A program made the position numbers and the translations under genes. DNA of 64,000 nt, from the NCBI RefSeq assembly GCF_902713615.1, contig NC_052151.1, positions 64,390,375 to 64,454,374 on the forward strand, given 5' to 3'. This stretch comes from Scyliorhinus canicula. Lineage: Eukaryota. Each line of letters begins with the position of its first letter. Position 1 is the first letter of the stretch. The notes under the pieces were generated by a model. It saw only the letters and a list, made by a program, of their open reading frames with translations, had not been told where the DNA came from and made no database searches. Positions 16,941 to 30,458 of the stretch are shown here, in pieces.

Positions 16941-17113
16941 TTTTTAAAAAATAATTTTAAAGTACCCAATTCATTTTTTTTCCAATTAAGGGGCAATTTA
17001 ACATGACCAATCCACCTTCGCTGCACATCTTTGGGTTGTGGAGGTGTGATCCATGCAGACATGGGGAGAATGTGCAAACTCCACACGGACAGTGACCCGA
17101 GGCCAGGATCGAA
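16941..17113 (-). mobile_element. 5'-truncated SINE with 14-bp TSD CCTCACGTGCTCTC; same A-rich-tail subfamily at ~19470-19692, 20796-21022, 21733-21912, 25785-25942, 34632-34862, 34893-35118, 57706-57941, 59446-59670, 61777-62011
   Basis: TSD at 16927-16940 and 17114-17127; several other copies also show 14-17 bp TSDs. Confidence 0.88.
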
Positions 17114-18174
17114 CCTCACGTGCTCTCATGCATTTCCATAAAAATTCCTTCTCAAGGGCAATTAAGGGTGGGCAATAAATGCTGGCCTTGCCAGTGATAC
17201 TCACATCCCAAGAACAATTTTTTAACAAATCTGTTATCTGACAAGCACATCAGAAAGAAACATTTGGAAAAAGACAAACTGGTCCCAACAACTTACAGTT
17301 TTCCCCCTACACTATAAGCAAAATACACCTTTGCCTGCATCCTTCATTTTAATGTGTAGGAGTCCAGACGGAAATACAATTAATATAATAATAAATTAAA
17401 CTATTTTTCTATGGGAGTTATCAAATTGTATATACACTTGTACCATAAGCAATCTACTCACTTATAAGCTGTTGATACAGATTTTATTGTCAGACTGGTA
17501 GCTGTGATCAGTGTGGAGGTGGAGGGGTAGCAGGGGCTGGCAGAAGCCTGTTATTCTCATCTTTACATTTGGGTGCATAAACATCTACTTTGTTGATTGT
17601 GGCCTGCAGCAGTCCCTTTAAAGACCTCCTGTTGGCCACCTGGAGACTCCGTTTTTCGGAGTGAAAAGAACATTGGCTGGGTACCATCTATTGATTTTGT
17701 GACTTCCACAAAAATGGTGGACAGTACTCTTCTAGTTCATATCAAGCGTGCTCTTCCTACCCACCAAATTGGAGGTTTAGGATGCCAATTGGTGCCTGAG
17801 GAATGGGCACTGAACGGATTAATTTCTAGATCCACCATTTAGGTTTTTTAAAAAGTAGAATTTCAACTTTCAGTTTACTTTTGTGTATTATGGTCAGCCA
17901 GCATAATTCCTGATATTTTTAACTGAATATTTACTGGCAGGAAATTAAACATGAGAACTCAAACTACAAGCCAAACCCTTGCCCCACTTGCTTCCGACTC
18001 CAGATTGCAATTTGGAACTGCTACACTTGTATCCAGGTCACAGGAAATGCTAATACAGAGATGATTTAACTGCAAATACCAACCATATATTTGATACGTT
18101 TAACACCTTTAGTGCTGGATCAAAGTGAAATTATGCGGAACAATGTCCCTTCCCTTAATGTACCTGATTAAGCA

Positions 18175-19865
18175 CACAACCTAGGCTGACACTTCAGTGC
18201 GGTGCTACAGAATTGCTGCTCTGTTGAAGGTGTTGACATTTGAATGTGGTATTAAATTGATCAATTTATATATTTATTGGCATGTGTACCAAGGTACAGT
18301 GAAACGTATTGCTCTGCTTACAGTCCTGGCGTATTGTTCCATATATAAATATCTAATAATAATAATCCTTTTTAGTATCTTAAACTAGTGTCTTAGTAGG
18401 CTTACATTAACACTGCAATGAAGTTACTGTGAAAATCCCCTCGTCACCACACTCCGGAGCCTGTTCGGGTACACTGAGGGAGAATTCAATATTCGCCGAA
18501 CAGCATGTCTTTCGGGCTTTGTGGGGGAAACCGGAGCACCCGGAGGAAACCCACACAGACACAGACAGCTCGCAGAAAGTGGCCACACTCCGGCACCGTC
18601 TTGATAATATAGCTATATTCATAGAAATTACAGTGCAGAAGGAGGCCATTTGGCCCATCAAGTCTGCACCGGCCCTTGGAAAGTGCACCACAGTTAAGCC
18701 CACCCCATTCCTGTAACCCAGTAACCCTACCTAACCTTTCTTTGGAGACTAATCCACTTAACCTGCACATCTTTGGAATGTGGGAGGAAACCGGAGCACC
18801 CGGAGGAAACCCACGCAGACACGGAGAGAACGTGCAGACTCCGCACAGACACTGAACCAAGCAGCGAATCGAACCTTGGAGCTGTGAAGCAACTGTGCTA
18901 ACCCCTGTGCTACTGTGCTGCCCACCGTGGCTAGCGCCTTGCCACCGCCAAACCGGTCCCAACCTTCCCAGCGGCCCTTGCCGCCCAGCAAGCCTGACGG
19001 ACTGATCTCCACCGTCTGCTGGAAGCAGCCCAGGCACAGTGAGTGTCCGCATGGTGGCGTCACTGGCTCCACCAGCCGCTCCCTGCAAACCAGGCACAGG
19101 CACTTGTCCAAGCTGAGGGCCGGAGCCAGGGTCTGAGGCAAGGCCTCAGGCTCAGACAGGCCGTCCCGTCTCTTTCATCCCATTGTGGCCACTCCAGTGC
19201 AGCTTGGGAACAGTTTCACTTTCCATCACCCTCCAAGAGAAATTATGGAGAGGGACCTGACCCTGCCAGGCCCTCCCCCACCTTTCCTCAGCCCGGGTAA
19301 GGGGAAACTCCCGGCAACCACCGCCTTCCTTCAAATAAATTGAGGTCCCCACCATCCTCTGAGTTGAATGTTAAAAATCCCATGGCACTGATCAAACTAA
19401 AGCTAAAGGGTTCTCCTTGATGTCCTGGCCAACACCTCTCCCTTAACGAACATCATTAAAACAGATTATGGTGGCACAGTGGCGCAGTGGTTAGCACTGC
19501 TGCCTAAGGTGCTGAGGATCCAAGTCCGATCCCGCCCCGGGTCACTGTGTTTGTGGAGTTTGTACATTCTCCCCGTGTCTGGTTGGTTTTGCCCCCACAA
19601 CCTAAAGGTGTGCAGGTTATGTGGATTGGCCGCGCTAAATTGCCCCTTAATTGGAAAAAAAGAATTGGGTACTCTAAATTAGAAAAAAAAATCATCTGGA
19701 CAATATCTTCATTGTTGTTTGTGGGAGCTTGCTGTGAACAATTTGGCTGCCACATTTCCTAAACTAGGTCAGTCACTGCATTTCAAAAGCACTCCATTGG
19801 CCGCAGAGGACTTTGGGACTTGCTGATGTTCTTAAAGGCGCTGGACAAATGCAGGTCTCTTTTCT
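18175..19865 (+). mobile_element. Old DeuSINE/SacSINE1-like element broken by insertions at 18261-19335 and 19470-19692; further fragments at ~15040-15630(-) and 30900-31040(+)
   Basis: CTAGGCTGACAC..AGTGC, AAATCCCATGGCACT, TGTCCTGGCCAA, AAAACAGATTAT, TGTTTGTGGGA, AAAGGCGCT..AAATGCA occur in the order I recall for the Deu-domain SINE. Confidence 0.7.
18995..19141 (-). pseudogene. Truncated RING-finger gene fragment, RNF168-like
   Basis: SLDKCLCLVCRERLVEPVTPPCGHSLCLGCFQQTVE resembles the N-terminal C3HC4 RING of RNF168; the last CxxC pair and an in-frame ATG are missing. Confidence 0.75.
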
Positions 19866-20518
19866 GATGCAGCAAGTAAATTGTGGAAAGAATCAGGGAA
19901 AAGTGAACAGGAGGAATAAGGAAATAGATTTGTTTCTTAACTGGAAATTTGCTTCTGGAATTCAAAGGAGCCAGACACACCCTGTGGACTGGAGGGAAAA
20001 TTCCATTGTCCTGACTAAAATAAAATACACAATGTGGAGAGAGGTTAGGGGAAGGAGAGCTGGGGTGAGGTTCCAATGGGGGACATTATTCAGGGTGGGA
20101 CCCCAATCCACTTGGTTTCGTCTTACATAATTTGTCCAACAAATTGCACTTTGGGGATGGATGCCTGCTTTTGCTACTTTGAAAACTATCTGTGGGCCTG
20201 GGCCATGGCATTTCAGGACCAGTCTAACAATTCTCACTCCCCTGATGTGGTACCAAGGTGTGCTGAGGTGCAACTTCCTTTGGCCGACTGAAGATTCCAA
20301 GAAGCAGCAAAATTGTTTTTCAATACTCTAATTAGCTGCCCCAGTTCCTTGAAGGGTACCATAAAAGTTTACGCCGTTTTTTTTTCTTCAGCCTGATATC
20401 GGTGTCAGATGCCCTTTGGAACTACAGGAGCCGCTAAACTCCCCACCTCCTCAGCAAAGCAAGTAGCTCTGTTTCCTGATTGCAGGGCCAGCATCAAAAC
20501 CAAATATTCCAATTACTG

Positions 20519-20790
20519 TGTAATATCCTCCACAGGACCTACGGGGTGGGAATGATTATCTTACCAGTGGGTCACACGGAGTACGAGCCGTTCCCCCTGC
20601 CCCATCCCCTCCCTGTTAGGGATAGGTGAACTCTAATCAACCAATGTATATAAGATCGGTCAGTAAGGCACTGAGGAGAAAGAGACGATCGCGCTAGGAA
20701 GCTATCGGGCAGTGTATATAACATATTGTAAATAAATCTAGCTTGTTACCTTACTTAGTGTGGAGTTCCCTTGTCCTTATTAAAGAACTC
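20519..20790 (+). mobile_element. Probable solo LTR
   Basis: TGTAAT start, TATATAA, then TTGTAAATAAA near the 3' end, ~270 bp; terminal CA and TSD not clear. Confidence 0.45.
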
Positions 20791-23700
20791 ACCCGGGGTG
20801 GCATGCTGGCGCAGTAGTTAACACAGCTGCCTCACAGCGCCAAGGACCCGGGTTCGATCCTGGCCCGAGGTCACTGTCCGTGTGGAGTTTGCACATTCTC
20901 CTCGTGTCTGCGTGGGTCTCATCCTCAAACCTAAAAACGATGTGCAGGCTAGGTGGATTGGCCATGCTAAATTGCCCCTTAATTGGAAGAAAAAATTGGG
21001 TCCTCTAAATTTACTTTTAAAAAGACCCGATGCCTGGGATTTGGAAGGGGATCAGCAGCAAGTCAAAACAGCAGGTGAAGGTTCTCTGACCACTCCTCTT
21101 CTACCCTTTTAAAGAGCATTTGTCAAATTTCTACTCTAAGCTGTTTAAAAGAGCTGTTTGGCTGAAATAATACACTCTTGTGCACCTTTTGTAAGCACCA
21201 AGCATTTTGTTTTAGCAATTTTATTATATAATAAAAACATTTCATCTGGCACATGTCCAAAGCTTCCATATGATATGGGAAAGTGTTAATGTGTCCATGA
21301 GAGACATGAGAGTGTCTACAGAGTGTGGGAAAGTGACGTATTGGTAAAGTGTGAGAAAATCTGTGTGTTGTGGGAAAGTAACTGTCTGCCGTGTGTGTAG
21401 GGCACAGAGTATGCTGGTTGATTCAAATTTCACATTCTCTATAAAACAATTAATCAAACTCAGCACCCATAAATAAAAAGCCTAATTTGCTTAAACAAGT
21501 TAACCAATGATCCAAGCAGAAGTCTGGAACAGAAATTCAAAGTCCTTTGAGCAGGAGCTTCCTAATCCACCCCATTAAACACTTCTCAAGTTTGTAACAA
21601 CATCAGCAAATACCACATTTCACCATTTCTTTCTGAAATTAGAAATTAATTGAAACACTGACAAAAATAGCTCCTAGCCGACCTGTCAGATTTTCCCTCC
21701 TCGCATCTTTCCCTCAGATGTGCCGCTCCTTGGTGGCACAGTGGTTAGCGCTGATGCCTCACAGCGCCGGGACCCGGATTCGATCCCGGCCCCTGGTCAT
21801 GCATGGAGTTTGCACATTCTCCCCTGTCTGTGTGGGACTCAACCTCACAATCCAAAGATGTGCAGGATAAGCGGACAGGCCACGCTAAATTGCCCCTTAA
21901 TTTAATAAAACAAAGATGTGCCGCTCCAAACTGAATGACTCAAGTTTATAATTTGCACCAAACCTAATAATAATAATAATAATTGCTTATTGTCACAAGT
22001 AGGCGTCAGTGAAGTTACTGTGAAAAGCCCCTAGTCGCCACATTCCAGCGCCTATTCAGGGAGGCCGGTACCCGCGCTGAATGAACCCGCGCTGCTGGCC
22101 TTGTTCACCGTTACAAGCCAGCTTTTTAGCCCACTGTGCTAAACCAGCTCTATTGTGAAGAGTCAATCGTAGAAACATTGGTTTCCAGCCAATCTGCTTT
22201 TAGATTGCCTGGTCTCGCTAACTCCTCCAATGCACCAAATGCTTATAGATTCCAGTTATAGCAAGCACTTGTAAAGAGCAATGTGTTGGGCAGCACGGTA
22301 GCACAAGCGGCTAGCACTGTGACTTCACAGCGCCAGGGTCCCAGGTTCGATTCCCCGTTGGGACACTGTCTGCGCGGAGTCTGCACATTCTCCCCGTGTC
22401 TGCGTTGGTTTCCTCCGGGTGCTCCAGTTTCCTCCCACTGTCCAAAGATGTGCAGGTTAGGTGGATTGGCCATGATAAATTGCCCATAGTGTCCAAAAAA
22501 ATGTGAGGAGGGGTTATTGGGTTACGGGGATAGGGTGGAAGTGAGTGCTTATGTGGGTTGGTGCAGACTCGATGGGACGAATGGCCTCCTTCTGCATTAT
22601 ATGTTCTATGTACCTCATGTTCTGACTGTAATCTACTCTACTGTAATCTGACCACCTTTATACAAAATAACCCAACCATCACTCAATCCTTCATAATTTC
22701 AAACCCTGACAGCTTCTAAACTGTAGCAGCTAGAGAGGACTTTCATACCTGACACCAACATTACCAGCCCGCTCCTAAATAATCACTGATCTAAAATTCC
22801 AGTCTTCTTCTTGCCCAATGTCTCACAGCGGATCTCTCCACCCCACCTAATGTTCACGTCTGAACTTGGTAATGTCTTCCCAAGTGTCAGATGCAAGTTC
22901 TGCCACACTCCACCTCCCCTCTGAGTCGGCCAAATTCCCGAATGTGCATAGTGCTCACTGAGATAGCATCGTACCCACCCTTGCTTCCTACATGTCATCA
23001 ACAGCCTACTCCCACCCCTCCAACCCCCATCCCAACCATAATTCTTGACCCATCATTTTCTCTTTCAGCCTCACCTACACCTCCCCTCCCCCCATAGACT
23101 TTCCAAGCTGTGCACCAACCAGCAATATGCTGACTCCCGTCTTTCATCAAATGCTGGGCTTTCAAAATGTCAAGAGACAGTTAAAGAGTGGCACAAAGAG
23201 ATTATGAGGTACGTAGAAGAGAGAAGGCCAACAGCTTTTGACAAAGCGTGAGAAAAGGAATGCATACGAAATAGAGAGACAGGTACACATACCATGTGTG
23301 ACAGCCAGCAGAGGGACGTAAGAAAGGAAAACAAGCACCGAAGCAACGAAAGCTCTTTTCTCTTTAAAAATCGCAGTGAACCAGAAAAAACCTCTCTTCC
23401 TGGCTGCGTTCTCATGTATAAATGATTTGGTTTTCCTGCTGCATTAGAGATGCACTTTTTCCTGGATCTTTGAACAAGGCTGTGTGGGTTGTATGGACGT
23501 GATTAATATTTGCATGGCCACATTTATTGCCAATCATGAGTGGTGGGTCTTCTTCTTGAAGTTCTGAGGGGCACGCAGTACAGTAGCAAAGTGGTTATGT
23601 TACTGGACTGCTAATCCAGAGGGCTACATTAATGATCAAATCCCAATGTGGCATGTGGGAAATTTAAGTTGAATTACAATAGATTCTGGAATTAAAGACG

Positions 23701-24454
23701 TAGTATCAGTATTGGTGATTTGGATTGTCTTAACAGCAAATCTGGTTCACGGATGTCCATTTAGGAAAGGAAATCTTCCATCCTTCCCAGGCTTGGCTGA
23801 TAAGTGACTCCAGATCCACAGCAATATTGCTGGCTTTAAAATGACTGAGCAAACCGCGCAGTTGTATGGGGATGGATAATAAATGCTGGCCTTTCCATCA
23901 ACACTCACATCCCATAAATGAATTGAAAAAAGGGCATTAGGTCACGAGGTTGATGTGTCACTGAAGTGGCAGATGGTCACTAGGGGGCAGGGCTTTGAAT
24001 TTGGGGTCAGGATCCCAATGTCAGGGTCAAACGTGGGTCCTGAAGCCTTAATGTAGGGAGCAGTCACCTGACATCAATTTTGCCTCGTTTAGCCAATTAG
24101 AGACCAGAGGGTGCACTTGCCGTCCAATTAAGCTGCACCAAAGGAGTTCAGCCTTCCATCGTGGATAAAGGGAGAGAGAGGATGCTTCTATCTTGAGGTG
24201 CCCTCTCAGCAAACTCACAAAATCTAAAATTAAAAATGGCCGCAGCCTGAGGACCACCATTACGGAAGGGAAACCCGTCACAAACAGCCTGTGGCTGCAG
24301 CTATCACCAGGTAGGCTGGGGTATGGAGGGGTGGGGGTGGCGTCAAGCCTGGAGATCTGACTCCCCTTTCTGACACCTAGAGACCACTTCCATGCAGCTG
24401 GCTTATTCCCAGTGCTGTGGAGGCCCACATGCTGACTGGAGAATTCCACAGCAG

Positions 24455-25140
24455 CCGGTAGCACAAGTGGATAGCACTGGCTTCACAGCACCAGGATCCC
24501 AGGTTCGATTCACCCACTGGGTCACTGTCTGTGCGGAGTCGGCACATTCCCCCCCTGTCTGCCTGGGTTTCCTCCGGGTGCTCCGGTTTCCTCCCATAGT
24601 CCAAAGGTGTGCAGGTCAGGTGGATTGGCTATGTTAAATTGCTCTTAGTGACCAAAAAGGTTAGGAGGGGTTATTGGGTTGTGGGGATAGGGTGGAACAT
24701 AGAACAGTACAGCACAGAACAGGCCCTTCGGCCCTCAATGTTGTGCCGAGCCATGATCACCCTACTCAAACCCACGTATCTACCCTATACCCGTAACCCA
24801 ACAACCCCCCCCCCCCCCCGCTTAACCTTACTTTACACTATGGGCAATTTAGCATGGCCAATCCACCTAACCCGCACATCTTTGGACTGTGGGAGGAAAC
24901 CGGAGCACCCGGAGGAAACCCACGCACACAGGGGGAGGACGTGCAGACTCCACACAGACAGTGACCCAGCCGGGAATCGAACTTGGGACCCTGGAGCTGT
25001 GAAGCATTTATGCTAACCACCATGCTACCCTGCTGCCCGTAACACTTGGAAGTGGGCCGTAAGGCCCGTAAGGAAGTGAGGGCTTAAGTGCAGACTCGAT
25101 GGGCCAAATAGCCTCCTTCTGCACTGTATGTTCTATGCTC
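24455..25140 (+). mobile_element. SINE (+) with a second SINE (-, ~24696-25038) nested in its tail
   Basis: Two opposed SINE cores; the host tail resumes at ~25074. Confidence 0.85.
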
Positions 25141-28100
25141 TAATGACATCAAATAATTAGCCAGAATTGTCCTTAAAATTACCATAAATACCCTGCGGAT
25201 GAGTAGCCGTTCAATCTCTGACCCAGCATCCAGGGGGAAGGCTCTGGGATAGGATGGCGCTAGCAAACTGGCAAGCTGGCACACAGACCAATGGCACAAA
25301 TGTATGCTCCAGTCAGCTTCCATTGCTGCCCCATTTTGGGGTGAAAACCCTGCTCTGGGTATGGGCAGCAGTTTCCTTTGCCCTGGACATGAGCAAACCA
25401 GCTAATGTTTGACAACTCTCCCATTTTGCGGCACACTTCACGATCACCTTTATTCACACCAGATTTCTGTTTAAAACTGAATGCATGGGATTTGAACTGA
25501 CGTCATTCGGCTTATCACACACTGAGTTGCAACAGAGATTGTGCCGCCTCCTTGCACATACACATTTTCCATGGGAAGGTGCAACAACTTTACTCAAACA
25601 GACGGGTGCTTCATTGAAATATTAGTTTGGGTATCTGTGCTCTGTAAGCTGTTTCCTCCTTGTGCAGTGTTGAGGAAACCCAAGGTAAACCGTGTCCATT
25701 TGAAATGGGACATTCACAGGTTACTCGGTTAAAACGTGTATCATGGAAATCAGAGAAGTAATGCATCAACTTAAGGGTCAGATTATTTTTTTTTTTTTTT
25801 TTTATAAATTTAGCGTACCCAATTATTTTTTCAATTAAGGGGCAATTTAGCGTAGCCAATCCACCTACCCTGCACATCTTTGGGTTGTGGGGGCGAAACC
25901 CACGCAGACACGGGGAGAATGTGCAAACTCCTCACGGACAGTGAAGGGTCAGATTATTTTAAACCTTTCCGAATCTTTTTCTGTTTTCACCTTGGTAGCA
26001 GGTGAAGCTTTTTGTTGTTGCAAAATTATTTATTTTCTCCCGCACCTCCATTACTCACACCATTGGGTTTCCCATTGTTTGGAAGAGGAGGAGCATGGAA
26101 GGGTGCCAGGCATGTCAGGCTGCACAACAAATCCCCTATGCGTGCTGGCACCCACAGCTGCTCACTGACAAACACCCAAACACAGTTTTCCATGTTTGTA
26201 AGAAGGCACGCCAGGTTAATCGCAGGCCAGCGCTGCCTGATTAGCCACACCTACCAAAATAGCAGCAGCCAACAGGGTGCTGCACATTTACTTGACTATA
26301 TCCAGGATGAACTATCATCCCAGACTAGGGAGCTGCAGTGCTGTGCCATCTGCTACCAGGACTCCTGTAGCTACCATGCAGTGATACATCCAATGAAAAT
26401 AACTATCTGTTGCAGCCTCATAAATGCTTCCAGCCTCCTTCCTTTCAGGTCGACTTCAACCTTTACACCTGGCTCCAATGTGGTGGCACTGAGAAGCATT
26501 TTTGTGCCAATCACCTTACACAGCACCACCTACACTTCAGCAGTAAACAAGTAGGACTTCCTGCATCGAACAGCATCTTGACTTGCTTGCAGATTAGTGT
26601 CTATCTTTAAATGTCTTTGCTCCCTATTTCTGAATCTCTTTTTGCAGTCTCCGACCTCTTCAGCCGCAGCAATAGTTGATAAAACAAAGTGCTTTTCCAG
26701 GTTCTCCGATATCTTTAAACATTTTCATCATCCTACTGCGACACCCCTTAAAACTTCATTTGCATCCAACCTTCTTCCCCCAAAATAAGTGTATTTCCTA
26801 CCCCTGTCAGGACCTGGCCAGAGAACTAGGTGTACAATGGCAAAGTCCCACTACATGGGACCTGGCTTCAAATCTAAGCCAAATGGGTAAGATAGAAGCT
26901 TTCTTTGTCTGCTGTCCAAATGGTGGGGGAGGTAGTGCGCTCTGGTAATTGAGATGGGTGGTCTTACCAAAGACCCGGGTGCGCATCGCCCTTCATCACA
27001 AACTGTCTGTAAGTTATCATAGAATCACAGAATGTACAGTGCAGAAGGAGGCCATTCGGCTCATCGAGTCTGCACTGGCCCTTGGAAAGAGCACTCTACC
27101 TAAGCCCGCACCTCCACCCTGTCCCCTAAACCTTTTTTTGTTGGACACTAGGGGCAATTTAGCTTAGTCAATCTACCTAACCGGCACATCTTTGGACTAT
27201 CGGAGGCAACCAAAGCACCCGGAGAAAACCCACGCAGACACGGGGAGAACATGCAGACGCCGCACAGACAGTGACCCAAGCCGGGAATTGAACCTTGGAC
27301 CCTGGAGATGTGCTGCAACTGTGCTAACCACTGCGCTACCGTGATGCCCAACACATCTTGTAGGTGGTAAACATGGCAGCCATGGTGCACCAGTGATGGA
27401 GGGAGTGAATATTTAAGGCAGTGGAATTGGGGTGTCGATCAAGCGAGCTGCTATATCTTGACTGGGGTTGAGCTACTTGAACATATTTCCAGTCGCACTC
27501 AAGCAGGCAAGTAGGGAGTATTCCAACGCAAGTCTTTGGGAAGTAAGCAGAGAAGTCAATGCCTGGAACTTGTGTGGCATAAATATTACTTGCCAATTAT
27601 GAATCCAAAGCTGAATGTTGTACAGTTCTTGCTGCATGTGGCCATGTATATCCTTCATCAATGCTGGGTCAAAGTCCTGGAACTTTCTCCCTGGCGGAAC
27701 TGTGGGAATACCTTCACCACAAGCACTGAAATGGTTTAGGGAGGCGGCTCACCACCACCTCCTCTCGGGAAATTATGGATGGATAATACATCCTTGCCTT
27801 GGCAGTAATGCCCACATCCTGTGAGCAAATTTTTTTTAAAATCACTAAAACAAACACTGCAAATGGATAGAACTGGAATCTGTGGTAAATTGCGTCAGAT
27901 CTCGCATGCCACTCCTTGACATGGAACTGCATCTCAACCCAAGGCAATGTCTTCTGACAAAATTGGAATAAATAAAGATAAAGAGGATTACTCATTTCTT
28001 TTTAGCGACGTCTTCTTTTCACTGCAGTAGTGTTCAAAACAAAATGATCTCACCATGTGACAGGCATGACTAACGGTCATGATCGCTTGCTAAGAGCCTG

Positions 28101-29657
28101 TTATTAAAATCACACCCACTAATTTATCAATAAAAAAAGAAAAGTACCTCTTTTCAGCATGACAAATATAAAATCCGGCTGTCCAAAACCAATGCAGATC
28201 TTCAACACAAATTGTTCTTCCTTGCTTTCCCCAGTCTGATATTTCTGATCGCCAAATACACACTGATGCTTCAGATGAAATTATGTAACAGCAGGCCGGA
28301 TAAATGTGCTACCATAGCAACCAATAAACTTGTAAACAAGCCTTCTCCGAAATAAGTGTCATTATATACGATGATTAGTTAATTACAAAATGTATCCAAT
28401 TTCCCAAATGCGGGTAGCATATGTCACACGCGCTGCGTAAAATCTGCACTTTATTTATATCATTTGAGCTCCCCTGTGGGTTTTTTTATGGGTTTTTTTA
28501 TGGACAGCATTTCTAAATGATTGAATATTTTTCAAATTGTGCCGAAACTTGTTAATGATCAAACTGGACGGATATCAGCTGGGGAAAACAGGTCATTTCA
28601 AAAGACACCACTGGTGAACCAAAGAAATGAAATGAAAATCGCTTATTGTCACAAGTAGGCTTCAAATGAAGTTACTGTGAAAAGCCCCTAGTCGCCACAT
28701 TCCGGCGCCTGTTCGGGGAGGCTGGTACAGGAATCGAACCGTGCTGCTGGCCTGCCTTGGTCTGCTTTCAAAGCCAGCGAATTAGCCCTGTGCTAAACAG
28801 CCCCTGTTTAGGAAGGAAAGGAGAACAAATATTTATATATTCTTAACATCAGAACGTCTGAAAACACTTCATCGCCAGTGGAGAACTTTCAAAGGATAGT
28901 CTCTGTGTTCCCCTGATTTCTGATTTTGTATGTATGAGTGCTATCAGAATAACGTATCCAGTGGGTATTGCCACCTAACCAGATATTAGAAATTTATATG
29001 GCACACAGACATCTTAATTGCTTTGTTACACTTTTTAAATAAAAAAACTCATATGGCCATCAAGTGACAATGGAGAGACTATGGGAGCCTGCCAATAATG
29101 GCAATAATTTTACTTGTTTAATTTTCCCTTTGGAATCTTCCTTCCGCATTGGAAGAATTGTGCTCTGAATAGCTGATCATTCCCAAGAGCCATTTTCCCA
29201 GGCATGGGAGTACCTGAACCTGAGAGATTGATATATCTGTCACAGACATAACCAGATCAGTCCTTGACGGATGTAAAATGTTAAACACAGCCCTATTCTA
29301 CAGGATTACCACACTCACTGTGCTACAATTGTCCTCAATGCAGATGAATTAGCGAAGGGAAAAAGGTCACCAAGCTTCTTGATTGTTATACAGTGACTTT
29401 TATTGGAAAGTGCTGTTTGGCTGTCGGGTTCAGTCTCAGTTATGAAACCTTCGCAGTCAGAGAGCCTGCGAGTAACCATCGCCTTGGTCCACGCATGAGG
29501 CAGCAAAGAGTGGCTGGAACCCTCAGAACCTTTCACTAATGTGAGTAGTGGGGAAGGGAGACAACTGGAGAGAAGTAACAAAATAATCTGCTTTAGATAA
29601 TTATGTACATAAAAAAAGTGTATGCATGTATACTTTTGATTTAAAATTGTAGTTTAG

Positions 29658-30458
29658 AAAGGCTTTGGTGGCTGGGAGTAAGAGGTCGGAATACTAGGCA
29701 ATTGCAGTGTCAGATCATGCTCCGCATTGGGTGGATATGGTACTGGAGGAGGGGTTAGCGCAGAGGCCGGGGTGGAAATTAGATGTGGGACTTTTGGAGG
29801 ACCAAGTGTTCTGTGACAAAATTGAAAAGGTAATTAAGGAATATGTTTATTTTTCAATGCCTGCCGATTTTCCTGCCAAAGGCTTTTTTCAGAAAGATTG
29901 AGGGAAGGATTGAGGGAAGTTCATATGGGGAGGGAAGGTGGCCAGAGTTAGAAAGGTGCTGCTACAGAGGGTAAGGCAGGCCGGGGGTTTGGGTCTCCTG
30001 AACCTGATGTATTACCACTGGGCGGCGAATGTGGAGAAGGTGCGGAGCTGGGTAAGAGGGGTTGATTCCCCAGTGGAGAGTGGCGGGGGACCTATTAGAA
30101 TTCTTGACTCTTGCGAAGGTTAAGTTTGGAAGGATGGAGGGTTTTTACAATTCATGGGCATTATTCATTATGCACTTTCAAGAACTGGGTTAATTGAACA
30201 TTAGTTGGAGGGGGGTGGGTGGGAGGGTTAGGGGGAGGGGTGCAGTGTGTGTTCATGGCGACTATGGGTAATTCATGATTCCTTTTTGTCATTTATTTGT
30301 GTGAACATGCAGGCTGATGTTTGGGGTTTGGTGGGAGGATGGGATTGTTGTTATTCATATGGGGATTGACATATTTGTTACTGATTATTGGTTATTGTTG
30401 GTGAGTGTAAATTTGGGAGAAAATGTGAAAGAGGAGGAGAATAAAAAAATATTTTAAA
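29658..30458 (+). mobile_element. Internally deleted L1-clade element with ~15-bp TSD
   Basis: SDHAP endonuclease end; FQCLPIFLPK and GGLGLLNLMYYHWAAN; G/T-rich 3' UTR and A-tail; TSD AAAATT(G/A)TAGTTTAG at 29643-29657 and 30459-30473. Confidence 0.85.

Noticed and set aside
22243-22496. Recurrent ORFs such as GHCLCGVCTFSPCLRGFPPGAPVSSHSPKMCRLGGLA
   Set aside because: Translations of SINE copies, not a gene family
23293-23415. ATG-initiated 41-codon segment ending at a GTATGT donor
   Set aside because: Phase 0; splicing to exon 2 gives an immediate stop
26820-26970. LF-SINE-like ancient repeat
   Set aside because: The resemblance is too faint to support without an HMM search
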